Source: Octopus vulgaris
Taxonomy: Eukaryota
DNA length: 64,000 nucleotides
Assembly (NCBI GenBank): GCA_951406725.2
Contig: OX597821.1
Span: 11,718,001 to 11,782,000, forward strand
Reading direction: 5' to 3'
Below, in pieces: positions 13,391-28,088 of this stretch. The first letter of the stretch is position 1, and each line of letters opens with the position of its first letter. Position numbers and translations under genes: made by a program. The notes under the pieces are model-generated. The model had not been told where the DNA came from. It saw only the letters and a program-made list of their open reading frames with translations, and made no database searches.

Positions 13391-13424
<34 letters not shown>

Positions 13425-13630
13425 CATACATACATACATACATACTTACATACATACATATATATATACGACGGGCTGCTTTCAGTTACTGTTTACCAAA
13501 TCCACTCACAAGGTTTTGGTCGGCCCGACGCTATAATAGAAGACACTTGATCAAGGTGCCACGCAGTGGGAATGAACCCGGAACCATTAGGCTGGTAAGC
13601 AAGTTACTTACCACACAGCCACTCCTCGGC
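13225..13630 (-). mobile_element. SINE family B (internal deletion)
   Basis: Head, central (ATAC)n and shortened tail homologous to other B copies. Confidence 0.8.
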
Positions 13631-13652
13631 ATACAATTTTGTTCTATTGCCC

Positions 13653-13753
<101 letters not shown>

Positions 13754-13845
13754 AGAAAAAAAACTTCTTTTAGCCAATATAATTCCAACATAGTAGTTTT
13801 GTGAAATGAACAGAAATGTGATCAGCATCTTCTCATATATCAGGA

Positions 13846-13945
13846 NNNNNNNNNNNNNNNNNNNNNNNNNNNNNNNNNNNNNNNNNNNNNNNNNNNNNNN
13901 NNNNNNNNNNNNNNNNNNNNNNNNNNNNNNNNNNNNNNNNNNNNN
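13846..13945. other. Assembly gap (100 N)
   Basis: Run of N. Confidence 1.
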
Positions 13946-14029
13946 CAACAGAAGAGAAACTGGGTCTTGTTTTTATCTGCTTTTGAAGTCTATCATTTAA
14001 GCCAAAGTGGATCTAAGGTCCTTGAAAAA

Positions 14030-14700
14030 AACAAATATGTCACTAACTGTTTTATATGAACGTATCATAGTGTCCATATGTGCTCTAATTTCGCCATCGT
14101 TCACCAAACTATGGAATCCTCTTTGAAACAGTTCAAGTGTACACTGTTGCACTCAGCACATCAGTAACAAGCTCACCTCATCTCTTTCATGACGCTGCTG
14201 TCCTCGAAACCATTTATCTAATTTACCGAACAAGAAAAAGTCGAAGGGCGCAAGATCAGATGTGTAGAGTGGGTGGACAACCCATCTTACCGATTGCTTG
14301 ATTTCTTGCCCTCAAAATGGGTGTGATCACACACACTATGTCATGGGGAATGTGGATTGTTTATCGATTTCATCCTCCCAATTCTTTTTCTAAGAGTTTT
14401 GAGTGTTTCAACGCACTGCACGATCAAGTTACGTTCCAGAAAATCCTGGAAAATAATGTCCTTCCCTTCTACACAAAATGTCACCATTACATTCTTTGCT
14501 GATTGAGGATTTTAAAACTTGTTAGGGATCGGAGAATAAGTATGATGCCATTCTATGGACTGAGGTTTCATTTCTGGATCACAAAGATTCATGCAAGTTT
14601 CCTGCCCCATCATGCGTTCAGAATAGATTATGACTCCATAGGCTTCAAACACTACTAGCAGACCAGAGCCGACTACCAAGCTTCTATTCTTCGAATTAGT
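14030..14700 (-). pseudogene. Decayed mariner transposase remnant
   Basis: Minus strand gives PEMKPQSIEW (PE.K.QS.EW) and VHPLYTSDLAPFDFFLFGKL (HPPYSPDLAPSDFFLF-like); boundaries approximate. Confidence 0.7.
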
Positions 14701-15286
14701 AGTCAGGTGTCAGAGACTCTGGTATCGGAAGACGTGTGGTGTTCTACACCAGAACCTCTAACAAGTTTTAGGAAAGCATCGTGAACATAGTTCAGCTGTG
14801 GAGCAAGTTACATATTTCCACTTACCAGCTGCCCAATGAGTGACGGCAAAAGCTGTATATAAGAGCAGGCACTCCATATTTATCGACAAACATGTTGCGT
14901 TTGTATATTGTTTAGAATGCATTGTACACACACACACACACACACACGCACATATACACTCACCCCCCCCCCCCACAATTTAACCTTGTTATTCAGTTCT
15001 GGATTGCAACATGTATAAAATTTAATGGAACACCAGACGAGAAGCTAAACCTTTTCGTAGTCATCTGAGCCTGCGGAAATGTAAACGAAATCTTCCTTAA
15101 ATTACACCTTACCATTTAAGAAAGAATACGAGAGTCTTACAGAAGTATATTACTTTCTGATACCTGCAAAGCCCGGATAGAGAAGAATGGATCTACTTGA
15201 TTAAATGCCAGTGTGGTCAGAGACAGCCCGGGCCTAAAGAACAGCTGTAGCAGCAGCAACAGCAGTTGCAGAACTGCTACTGCTGT

Positions 15287-15345
<59 letters not shown>

Positions 15346-17626
15346 AGAAACTTCTGCATCTCTCTGGTTGTTAAATTATGACACTGTAGTTTTTTGAGAT
15401 TCAATAGTGGAACGTTACAAATTAAGATAAAAATGCGCTGCATTGCATGGCTATAACTTAATGGAAAATTTCGATGAAGTTGTGCATATTTTCAACATGG
15501 AGTAAACGAAATCTGTATGAACAATGCTAGCTTCCCAAGGTTGTCACGTAAATATTTTATTGTGTTACCAGCCGCAGCAATAATTATAAGAATGGATCTA
15601 AACTTATTACCAAGGATCAATAACTGCGAGTTCGGTATCAAGTGATCAAAGCTATTCCCATATTCACCAGGCCTTTTGATGTGACAGTCACACCAGCGAG
15701 ATGCATCACATCATTTTCACAACTTTACACAATTTCTGACCCAAAGAACATTATCTGGTCCGTCATGTTTAGGTATGAGCAAAGATTTAACTGGAATATT
15801 CCCACACTATTCCCTGATATCAAAAGTATAGATACATTCTTTTGTACATGATTTACAATGAGTGCATTATTGTATTAGTGTTTAATATTAATATATGTTA
15901 CTTCAATTTTCTGTATTGTAAAATAATCTCCATTAGCAAGCTTATATTTTTCACACTATGTCCTTATACATTATTACAAATATCTAAATATCATTGGTAT
16001 AGCGGTGTTATAAAAGTGATATTTCCAAAATGGCTGTCAAATTTTATATAAGCCTTTTCCACCTCTATAATCGTGACAACTCTCCGAGGAAAATTAAAAC
16101 AATTCTCAGCTGAAAGGACATCTCACGAGATATCTATGCCTTACAAAGAACTATTTAGGTCATAAATGTCTATTATTTTTCCATCAATACAATATTAATC
16201 GAGAAAACCTATGATCTATGTGAAACTACCCAAGACAATCTCCTTACATAGGGACTTGCAAAATTAAAATACATGAAATATCTTTACTTTCCATAAGTGT
16301 AAGATCTTATTTGAAGGAGATGTAAGTATTTCTAACAGGTAGAGACTCCCTTGTTAGCTCATCAATACAATTATATTCCTTCAAGATCTGGATTTAGAAG
16401 CACAACATATTTCATACTATAAACCTCTTCAAAATATGTCTTGCTTTGTTCAGGCAATGTTTCAAAATCTAAAATTTTCAGTACGAGTATAGTTAACTAT
16501 ACGGAAAAAGTTAAGGACAAATACTTCATTTATGAAATCTAGGAAGAAATTCGATAGAAAAAAAAAAGAAATTTCACCGCAGAATCATCTACGTAAAACT
16601 CTCTCGGAGACCATGGATCTTACCTGATCTTCTGATTATCGGAGTAACGAACTTCTGACTACAGGGTCTCTTCACTGTTGGAAACAGTACAACACACGAC
16701 TCAGGAGAAAGAAAGAATCGTCACAGGAAATCTCAGAAATAATTGATGTAATCTCTTTCTTTTTATTTCTTACGAAGTTTTATATGTATATATAACACGC
16801 ATAATACTTTGCATAAATACAGTGTATTAAATTTTGTGTTGAGCGATGGATTTGTAGAACCGTTAATATACCGGAAGAAATGACTTCAGATATTTGAACA
16901 GACTCTTTAAGTCCCGAATTCAAATCCTACCATTCTTCTACCAAACCCACAAATTTTGCCTTTTAATGAATGCTGCTTTTGATATTAATTTCACCCTTGC
17001 CATTCGTTCAATACCATAGATCATCCATTGATGCGCTTAAGAAGTATATATGTTTACTCTACTAGGTAGTTTCTGTTTCAATTTCATTGCTTGGTACCTA
17101 GGGCTACGTCGTTTTGTGCTATTACAATCAGTTAAAAATGGTGTACCATAGGCACCTCGGAATTGACCTCGCAAATGTTTGAGCTCCCGTTCCATGGATT
17201 GGAAGCTATTATAATCTCAGGCGAAAAATTATGAAAGTTCATATAAGCTCCGATCATATTAAACTGCAGGCTCGAGGAAAGCCTGTTGATATTTATTGTT
17301 TTGAAACTTTAATAGATATATTTACAGAATTTTTTGTGCCAAATAGTATTTTTGTTACGAATTATGCTACGCTTTCTAAAATGTGAGAAGGCCATTACTA
17401 TATGGAGAACGTTACGTTTCTAAAGTCTGTTAAATCAGTCCAGTCTGCTACTCTCAATCTTACCGGGTAGCTTCGTGCATTATACTTCCAGTTATATTTA
17501 GAATTCCATATAGATTTATATGGAATATGAAATCAGCCCCCGGAGGACGAAACCTACGCTCAGAAAAAATAATACATATAGATATGTCCATACACTCTTC
17601 TATATACTATACATACATACATAAAA

Positions 17627-17677
<51 letters not shown>

Positions 17678-17712
17678 TACATATATATATATTTATATAT
17701 ATACATACATAC

Positions 17713-17745
<33 letters not shown>

Positions 17746-18579
17746 CATATTTATATATATATATAATATAATATATTTATATATGCATGTACACATACAT
17801 ATGTATGCATGCACACACACACACATACACATATATATATATATATATATATACACATACATACACACACATACACTCATATGACTGAAGTAAGCAACTC
17901 ATTATATGGCCACGAGGCGATGTGAGTTCCGCATCGTTATACTGTAAAGGACACAGTAGTATTTTAACCAAACATTACAGCACATTAAATCTAAGCACGT
18001 TTGCGTTGGAAGACAAACTTGTTGATGTAAAAAGAAAGAATACTGTTATGGAAAATGTCAGTGGAGCTTACGTACGTGTCAGTTTAGCAAACTAATGTGA
18101 ATTAATGTTTTAGAAAATTCAAATATACTGACCGAAAGCAATAAAAGTGTAAATAAAAGTGGTTATAATAGTAATTGAAGTAGTCTCTGACGAATAACGT
18201 ATTAGAACGATGAAAAAAATAATATAGTTTACCATCAAAGAAATTTACAAATCACACTAATTTTGAACGTGTTCTGGTCGTTAGGAACAGCGTTCATTTT
18301 AAAGGGGAAGTATGAAAACAGAATGATATGACATGGCGGTAAGAAAAAAAAAGACACATAAAAGCTGCTTAAAATAAATGACTACGAATTCACAGTAAGT
18401 AAACTGGTATATAAAAAAAAAAATCATATGATTGCTAGATATGACTGTGTGGAATTCAATGTATTGATTTAGCGACAATGTTTACCTCTATAACATATGA
18501 AGCGTCAGTTTCCAGTCTGGAAGCAGTACAGCGTGCATTGCATATGAGATGCTTACACTTGGAGACCCACACCTACCAC

Positions 18580-18635
<56 letters not shown>

Positions 18636-18933
18636 CACACATTCAAAGTCAATGCATAAGCTTTACTTGACTTAATTTTGACTTTATTTTGGTAGTATGT
18701 TAAGAAATTAATTTTACATCCTTACCAACTCTCCATTCCTCTTTCTTAAATATATATATATACATACATATATACATACATATATACACATACACACACA
18801 TATATATGTATATATATATATACATAGACACATTATATCTATATATATATATGTATTGATGTATGTATGTATGTGTGTATGTATATATAAATAGATACAT
18901 ACACACATATCTATCTATCTATCTATCTATCTA

Positions 18934-18997
<64 letters not shown>

Positions 18998-21059
18998 GTA
19001 TATATATACACACACACTCACACATATATACAAGCATATAGTGCTCACTATCAGTTTACAATATAGTTGTAAGCAAACTTATATTTTGTTCAGCGTGTTA
19101 TCACTGAAGTACACATGCACGTATACAAAAGAACATTGAATCACTGCTTCGTTTTCAATGTCACTCAGACAAGAACGAAAGCCAATCTTCTAAAAATAAA
19201 TAAATGAATAAATAAATTTCTATTTTTAAATTATAGAACCATTAAAGAATTTACATTCATCTAGTTTTCCTTCTTGACGATGGTGTTGGACAAATTTACG
19301 CAAATTGCCATTTTGATTTTATTAAGCACGGCTATTTCTCGACTCCAACGCCTTTATCAGTTATAACAGCTCCATCACCATGAGATGCAATGCCCTCGAT
19401 TTTATTGTGTTTAAAATCCAACTCTTGTAGACAACGTGACTATCACCTGCTGCAAGGTATTTGCAGTTTGTCTTTGTTACTAATTGAAAGTTTGTACAGT
19501 ATGGATTTTATTTTCATTAATACCTATGTTTTATTTATCTTAATAGACAAAAATCTATTCTTGGATGACGCTATAGAATTCGCTATAGAATACTTGCAAT
19601 GAATGAACTTACAATTTTTTTTATCAATTCGCAATTGCAATTTCCTTTTATATTAATGTACGTTGTGTGCCCTTTCTCTGACAAAGAGAAATACGATGTA
19701 TTTCATCCTAATTATATTTAAATTTATGCATTTCATTAAGATTCTCAGGCTGCACAAGTCTGAATGTAGTCGTTTATACTCTATTTCAGACAATTTTGGC
19801 CAATATATATCGTTGTGATCATAATTTTTAAGGTGTGCTTAGTGCATAACAGTAAGTTCTTCGACCGCTGCAGTTGCGCGTCGCTTCTTCTATGATAGGT
19901 TGGTTATCCATTGCTGTATCCTTCTCTACACCGTACGCCAAAATGATGAGAAATAAAATTGACTTTTATGTTATTTGAACTCAGGCGACAGAAGCACAGA
20001 ACTATCTCTGTAAAGCGATTTATCCGGATCTGTAATGACTAAACCTATTCACTTCCTTATCTGAAGTATATATAAAAAATACTGTCGTTGCTTCACATTC
20101 AACTTTTAGTTAACCAATTTTTTTTAGATTTGACCGCATTTGATAGCATTTTTGTTTTCATGATATTATTTTCTTGCTTAGGCATAAAAACAGCTGTTTT
20201 AAATAAAAGTCAGCGCTAATAAACCATGATCAAAATCTAAGGTACGAATTTATCCTGGGGACTACTATTCTGAATACACAGGTTTTCTTGATATTTTAAG
20301 ACGATAGGATAGCAACTTAAAGAAGATTTGGCTGCTATCCCTAGCACTTCAGATGTTTACGAACATACTTCCGTTTTATTTTCTTGCTTATTAATTGTTA
20401 AAATATCTGACTGATCCTTTTATTTTATCGACGCTGATGCCTGAGTGATTAGATCTCGAAATTTGTCAGGATTTGACTAATTTAATTCTCACTAGTCTTT
20501 TGTATCTTCCGTTTCCTTTTTGAATACATGAAATCGTTAATGCGAGCTTTTATGCACTTACATGTGCGATTCATCCAGGTCTAATCAGCTTACACTATCA
20601 ACGGACAGCATATTTTTCCCAAGGAAACAATATATCTTCTATTTATATCAGAATGCTAAGTAAGTACCGCCATGGTTATAAATGCTAAACACGGGATGCA
20701 ATATTGGTCTAACAAACTGGATATTGTGTTTTACAAAAACATTTCTAATAAGTCGAATAACGGATTTTCATACTGATCTCCTAAAATATTACTAACACTC
20801 TTTTGAAATATAGCACAACTACTGTTTGTTCTCTACTATTCAATTTAAGTTATTCGTATTCCCTCGATCCGAGGAAGTCGATGATGCAATACCTTGCTAA
20901 ACAACTTGCATAGATGATTCGTTTAAAGTGATCAAATGTTTGTGTTGCGCACAAGCTCACTCCCACCTTCAAATATTATAGAGTGTGTATAACAATCAAA
21001 ATTTACACTTGTTTTAGAAAACAGTTAGAATTACTCTGTTTTGAATTTTGGCTTCAAAT

Positions 21060-21480
21060 ATAGGCACAAGTAGAGCAGGTTTGGGTTAAGGCAATTAAAT
21101 CAACCCGGTTTTCAACTGGTACTTATTTCATTAACCCCAAAATAATGAAGGGTAAAGAATACCCTGGAGAAATTTGAACCCAGAACGCAAAAATGTAAAT
21201 GCTGCTAAGCACTTCGTTCGGTGTGCTAACGATTCTGCCAGTTCACCACTTTACTATGGTCAAAATATTGATAGCAAACATAAGCAGAATGTTATGCGTT
21301 TAGGGTGGGTTTTGTCAAGCCCTTTCCCCCACTAAGCTTTTACTCAATTTTATTCACATTAGAGGCTAGAAGTCAAATGTTATATCAGTGAGGTTTGAGC
21401 CCAGGACTTCAAAGAAGGTAAATACCACAAGACATTTCATCCGACGCCTCCAAACATGTTGCACTTCCACTGCCCTTTTC
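21060..21480 (-). mobile_element. Two old family C-related SINE remnants
   Basis: aactggtacttattt..atttgaacccagaacg..gtgctaacgattctgcca motifs, followed by a second more decayed copy. Confidence 0.55.
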
Positions 21481-21813
21481 TTTTCTAATATTAGCCTCAT
21501 AAATATGTGATGACATTTATCATGGGGTTATTCTCTTTAACACCGAACAATGAAAGTTGGAATCAACATGTGAAACGTTGCATGGTCACATGCAGAAATG
21601 AACTTTTCTTAAAACAATATGCAATGTCTTAAAAATTGAAGGGCACATTCTCGGTGATTTACGGAAAATCATGGAGACAGCTAAACCCTTAAATATCATA
21701 ACAGTTCCTGAAATGATTGTTACCCATTGTCGTATAGATATATTCCACATTGTGCGCAACACGCTCTGGTAAGAATGCGTAGATCTAACACGCATAAAAA
21801 TCACCTATACATA

Positions 21814-21853
<40 letters not shown>

Positions 21854-23511
21854 AGCACACATGCATATATACGTACATACACAAACACGTTAATATTACT
21901 TTGCAACATTTATATTCATCTATCTACATATGTATGGTCTTCAACTGGAGTGTTTCGATGTATTATTCTAAATCAATAGACAAACGTTGGAACAATATCT
22001 TTGAAACGAACGGTTATAAAACAAATCAAAACGAAAAAGAAAAATCGTTAATTCTTCAAAATGATTATATCATTTAATTAGAATGATTTTTTTTTTCTCA
22101 ATGTTTACTTCAAAAATTTGTTTTCCTATTAACATAATTATCACCAAACTGATGCATTTATTTTCGTTTGTTTACAAATGTTCTGTGTTATATCTACGTT
22201 GTGAACAATAACGTATAAATAACGCAGTCTTAAAATAAAACAGAATTTATATTCAACGATGTAATAGATATGTTTTGTTATTTATACTATAATATAAAGT
22301 TTTATACGCAGAAATTTTTGACCTTATAAATATATTTATTAATGAGATTTTATTGAAAAAGTATAGAAATGAGATGGTGTTTGTACTTTACATGACGTTA
22401 ATGAATTTTGATATATCGTTTTCTTACGTCATTTGATTTGATGAAATTCGTGTTATTGTTTCTGTTGATCTCTTGTTTAGCCCCAGTTGAGCTCCAATCG
22501 ACCAGATCACTGGTGCGAAGCTATTCCGTTGTACACCATTCTTTTCTCTCACCCTGACGCTATATTTTTTTAATTCCTTTTGATATATATATATATATAT
22601 GATAATATACATGTATCTAATTACACACACACACAAACACACACATATGTATATATATATATATATTTACATACATATATATTTACATTTTTGCACTATA
22701 AATGTAGATACCACTACATATAAGCAGACACACAAACACCACACACACGCACACACACCATATATGTATTTGTAACCAAAAGAACATAAACACACAACCA
22801 CACAAAGTGACTTGCCGACGCAGAAACATAAAATCATAGCATTACGTAAATGAGAATAAAACTCTAGCAAGTATAAAGTTTACACACACGTATATACACA
22901 AAGAAACATATGTAGAAACCGCATATGATATATGATCACATTTTACTTTTTCCAACTTAAAAGTATAAAAAAATGTCCTCATGAGAACGCCAAAAAACTT
23001 TTTCACATAAGTAATATTTAAAAATTAACTTTAATCTTGTAAATTTTTTATTGTGACTTGAAACAAAATGCTAGTATAATTTACCGTGAGCAGTTTTTGC
23101 TCAGAATTTTATATATTTTTCTTTATAAGTTTTAGAGAATTAATCGAATATTTTCAAATACTTTGAAGTTGCCATATTGGAGAAGTGCACATTAACCGAA
23201 TGGTGGTTTTCAAGTCTGAGAGGAATACGGTAATGATTAATTTCTTAATGCGCATATATGTATATATGTGTGCGTGTGCGTGTGAGTGTGTGTGTGTGTG
23301 CATGTGTGTGTTTGCGTGCGTGTGTGCGTGAATGTGTCCATAAACATGTGTGTGTGAATGTGCGTCTGTGCATATATCTATATATACATATACACACAAA
23401 CTTATATATATACATATATATATACATATATCATAGATATATACATACTCATACATATGTATATATATGTATCTATATCATATATATACATATATATATA
23501 TATACACACAC

Positions 23512-23577
<66 letters not shown>

Positions 23578-23925
23578 TATATATATACACACACATATTT
23601 ACAGACACATAGACAAACACAGACATGTGTATCATTATGCACTTCTGTGTATGGATGTTTGCGTACGTAAGAAAAACACACACACGAACGCACACACACA
23701 TGCACACAAACACACACACACACACACACACGCATATATATATATATAAGCATATATGAACATATATATACATATATATATGTATATACATCTGCATACT
23801 TATATATAATCACGCAAATGTACGTGCACCCACGAGCACACATTTAATAAGTCTACTTGTTTACATGGAAAACAGTACGCCACAAGTCATAAACATATAT
23901 TTTATTTGCTCTTTATATATATATG

Positions 23926-23984
<59 letters not shown>

Positions 23985-24082
23985 TAGATAGAGCGATAGA
24001 TAGATACTGATATGCACATATATGTACATATATATGAATATATATATATATATATTATACATACACATACCTATATGCATGC

Positions 24083-24168
<86 letters not shown>

Positions 24169-24804
24169 TTATATACTTAAGAGTGTATATATATAAAGTA
24201 TGCTCGTCAGACAGAACACCTGTAGATCCAACGTTGTAGAGCACAGGTGTCTTATTATTTTACGTCCACATACACATGTAGATATATAAATGTATATTTT
24301 CTTGTATTCACGCACTTGTAAACATGTAAATAATAGATCAACATACATATGTGTGTGTGCATGTTTTGTACGTGTGTGTGTGTATGTGTGTGGGTTTGTG
24401 TGTGTGGTCTGTTTCACTGTATGTATGTAAACATGCTTGCATTTACGCGCGCACACTCAAAGTCAAACACATGCTCACATACCAAACATTCACCACACGC
24501 ACGCAGTCATCCTTTCAGAAGCATTGAGAAGATTATATGGATTCTGACTTAGGAAGTAACACACAAAAACACTCACCCGCAAACAAAGACACACACACAA
24601 GCACCCACATACAGGCACACATACACGTACATACTCACATATATAGTCACACACTGTTACACACCCAAAAACAGACATGCCTACGCCCAACCACAGAATT
24701 ATGCCTTTAAAAAGATGTGTATATGTGTTTATGCGCATTAAATTTAAAAACAACCATGAGACTAAATATACATTGAAACAGACAAGCGTACATATTACGT
24801 AGAT

Positions 24805-24884
<80 letters not shown>

Positions 24885-24947
24885 ATTTGTGTATCTATAT
24901 AGCTATGTTTCTATGTATATATGTGTGTTTTATTATATATATTCTTG

Positions 24948-24985
<38 letters not shown>

Positions 24986-25657
24986 AACATACATATATAC
25001 ATATGTATGAATTTGTATAAACCCAGAAAAAATTATCTGAAAAAGAATAAAATAATGAAAATGGAAACAAAGAAACGAACAGACATTGCAAACAAGATTC
25101 GCCAAAAACTAACAAAGACTTGAAAAATGTAAAAAAAAGTCAAGTTTCCACTTGAAAAATCTCATCGGCCTCCGTTTTGAATCGATTAGAATTATAGCAA
25201 ATATTGCCATGTTTCTTCTGTGTATATGTAGTGTATTAAATCAAGCTAACTGAAGAACTTATATCTTAGAGAATTATATGATATATAGTTGTATAAGTAC
25301 TGTAAGATAAGAAACAATACTGTTCTCATGTTACGTCCATTGGGACACATAAAATGAAAATGATGAGAGTTATGCTCATAAAGAAAACGTCGAGTATTGA
25401 TAAGCTTAGATAGATAACGTCTACATGCAAACGTACAAGGAACAATGCTCACTCTTATATTTATATATATGTAGGTATATGTAAGTGTATATATATATAT
25501 ATATATATACGTTTATACGTTTATATTATATATATATAGAGAGATATATGTATGTATGTATCCATGTATATTGATAGATAGACAGATACATATATATCCA
25601 TAAACATACTAAAAACGCACATATATATATATATATATACATTTATGCATACATCCG

Positions 25658-25706
<49 letters not shown>

Positions 25707-25822
25707 TACATATCTATGTATGTATCCATGTATACTGATAGATAGACAGATACATATATATCCATAAACATACTAAAAACATACACATATATATATATAC
25801 ATTTATGCATACATCCGTAATA

Positions 25823-25871
<49 letters not shown>

Positions 25872-25985
25872 CGTATGTATGTATCCATGTATATTGATAG
25901 ATAGACAGATACATATATATCCATAATCATACTAAAAACACACACATATATATACATTTATGCTTACATCCGTAATATATATATA

Positions 25986-26054
<69 letters not shown>

Positions 26055-26334
26055 CAACAATTGAGGGTAAAATTAATTAATTAATTATTAATCAATTTCA
26101 CCAAGTGTTCAGTATGCAAAGGGACCATTTAAGGCGAATTCAAATTATTACATTATATAAAAGGGCTTAGTAAAATAAATTACTTCGCCGCATACTGAAC
26201 TCATTAGAAATAGCAGCTAAAAAACTTTTTTAAAGCTATTTCTAATACTTAAAGAAAATCTCTCTCATATATAGCGTTTGCTTAATTCAACTCACAAAAG
26301 TTTGGGGGTAAGGACATTAAAAAATCAAATGCTA

Positions 26335-26403
26335 AGGTTATTTGAGTACGTACGTTTCAAGATTAGTCAAAGCAACATTTCTCTCTTCAGCTCATAAATT
26401 CCT
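26335..26403 (-). ncRNA. Type I hammerhead ribozyme motif (copy 1)
   Basis: Reverse complement reads ttatgag-CTGAAGA-gaga..tctt-GAAAC-gtac-GTA-ctcaaataa. Confidence 0.8.
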
Positions 26404-26882
26404 TGGTTTGGATCTGGAAACACTGAAAGTAAGAACTTACCCTTTCGAAGATCCGCTCTCAACTACCAGTGCCAACGAATCCAAATAAGCAAGTGAATCA
26501 TTTCTGCTCTCCCCTTTCCACCAGCGTGGGTTAAAATCATCAAACGCTATGCTTATTTCGGTAAAATCCGAAGCATTAATTAGAGGGAGATTAATTATAA
26601 TTTCAACAATTGAGGGTAAAATTAATTAATTAATTATTAATCAATTTCACCAAGTGTTCAGTATGCAAAGGGACCATTTAAGGCGAATTCAAATTATTAC
26701 ATTATATAAAAGGGCTTAGTAAAATAAATTACTTCGCCGCATACTGAACTCATTAGAAATAGCAGCTAAAAAACTTTTTAAAGCTATTTCTAATACTTAA
26801 AGAAAATCTCTCTCATATATAGCGTTTGCTTAATTCAACTCACAAAAGTTTGGGGGTAAGGACATTAAAAAATCAAATGCTA

Positions 26883-26951
26883 AGGTTATTTGAGTACGTA
26901 CGTTTCAAGATTAGTCAAAGCAACATTTCTCTCTTCAGCTCATAAATTCCT
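26883..26951 (-). ncRNA. Type I hammerhead ribozyme motif (copy 2)
   Basis: Same motif as copy 1. Confidence 0.8.
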
Positions 26952-27430
26952 TGGTTTGGATCTGGAAACACTGAAAGTAAGAACTTACCCTTTCGAAGAT
27001 CCGCTCTCAACTACCAGTGCCAACGAATCCAAATAAGCAAGTGAATCATTTCTGCTCTCCCTTTCCACCAGCGTAGGTTAAAATCATCAAACGCTATGCT
27101 TATTTCGGTAAAATCCGAAGCATTAATTAGAGGGAGATTAATTATAATTTCAACAATTGAGGGTAAAATTAATTAATTAATTATTAATCAATTTCACCAA
27201 GTGTTCAGTATGCAAAGGGACCATTTAAGGCGAATTCAAATTATTACATTATATAAAAGGGCTTAGTAAAATAAATTACTTCGCCGCATACTGAACTCAT
27301 TAGAAATAGCAGCTAAAAAACTTTTTTAAAGCTATTTCTAATACTTAAAGAAAATCTCTCTCATATATAGCGTTTGCTTAATTCAACTCACAAAAGTTTG
27401 GGGGTAAGGACATTAAAAAATCAAATGCTA

Positions 27431-27499
27431 AGGTTATTTGAGTACGTACGTTTCAAGATTAGTCAAAGCAACATTTCTCTCTTCAGCTCATAAATTCCT
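27431..27499 (-). ncRNA. Type I hammerhead ribozyme motif (copy 3)
   Basis: Same motif as copy 1. Confidence 0.8.
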
Positions 27500-27786
27500 T
27501 GGTTTGGATCTGGAAACACTGAAAGTAAGAACTTACCCTTTCGAAGATCCGCTCTCAACTACCAGTGCCAACGAATCCAATTGTTGAAATTATAATTAAT
27601 CTCCCTCTAATTAATGCTTCGGATTTTACCGAAATAAGCATAGCGTTTGATGATTTTAACCCACGCTGGTGGAAAGGGGAGAGCAGAAATGATTCACTTG
27701 CTTATTTGGATTCGTTGGCACTGGTAGTTGAGAGCGGATCTTCGAAAGGGTAAGTTCTTACTTTCAGTGTTTCCAGATCCAAACCA

Positions 27787-27855
27787 AGGAATTTATGAGC
27801 TGAAGAGAGAAATGTTGCTTTGACTAATCTTGAAACGTACGTACTCAAATAACCT
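27787..27855 (+). ncRNA. Type I hammerhead ribozyme motif (copy 4, inverted arm)
   Basis: Stem I tgag/ctca, core CTGAAGA 27800-27806, stem II gaga/tctt, GAAAC 27832-27836, palindromic loop gtac, GTA 27841-27843 predicted cleavage triplet. Confidence 0.8.
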
Positions 27856-28044
27856 TAGCATTTGATTTTTTAATGTCCTTACCCCCAAACTTTTGTGAGT
27901 TGAATTAAGCAAACGCTATATATGAGAGAGATTTTCTTTAAGTATTAGAAATAGCTTTAAAAAAGTTTTTTAGCTGCTATTTCTAATGAGTTCAGTATGC
28001 GGCGAAGTAATTTATTTTACTAAGCCCTTTTATATAATGTAATA

Positions 28045-28088
<44 letters not shown>

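Larger units (their letters stand above)
26050..28048 (-). mobile_element. Non-autonomous Penelope-like / retrozyme-like element: ~548-bp unit x2.8 in tandem plus an inverted partial copy
   Basis: Unit starts at 26051, 26600 and 27147; inverted copy 27581-28048; near-identical copies; one hammerhead motif per copy; (TA)n on both flanks; no long ORF. Confidence 0.8.

Noticed and set aside
15640-16510. Possible very old L1-type RT remnant on the minus strand (EKAY-like motif)
   Set aside because: Too decayed to align by eye; needs BLASTX
17503-17560. 10-bp hairpin attccatata/tatatggaat followed by ggacgaaac
   Set aside because: AT-rich stem expected by chance and no CUGANGA partner
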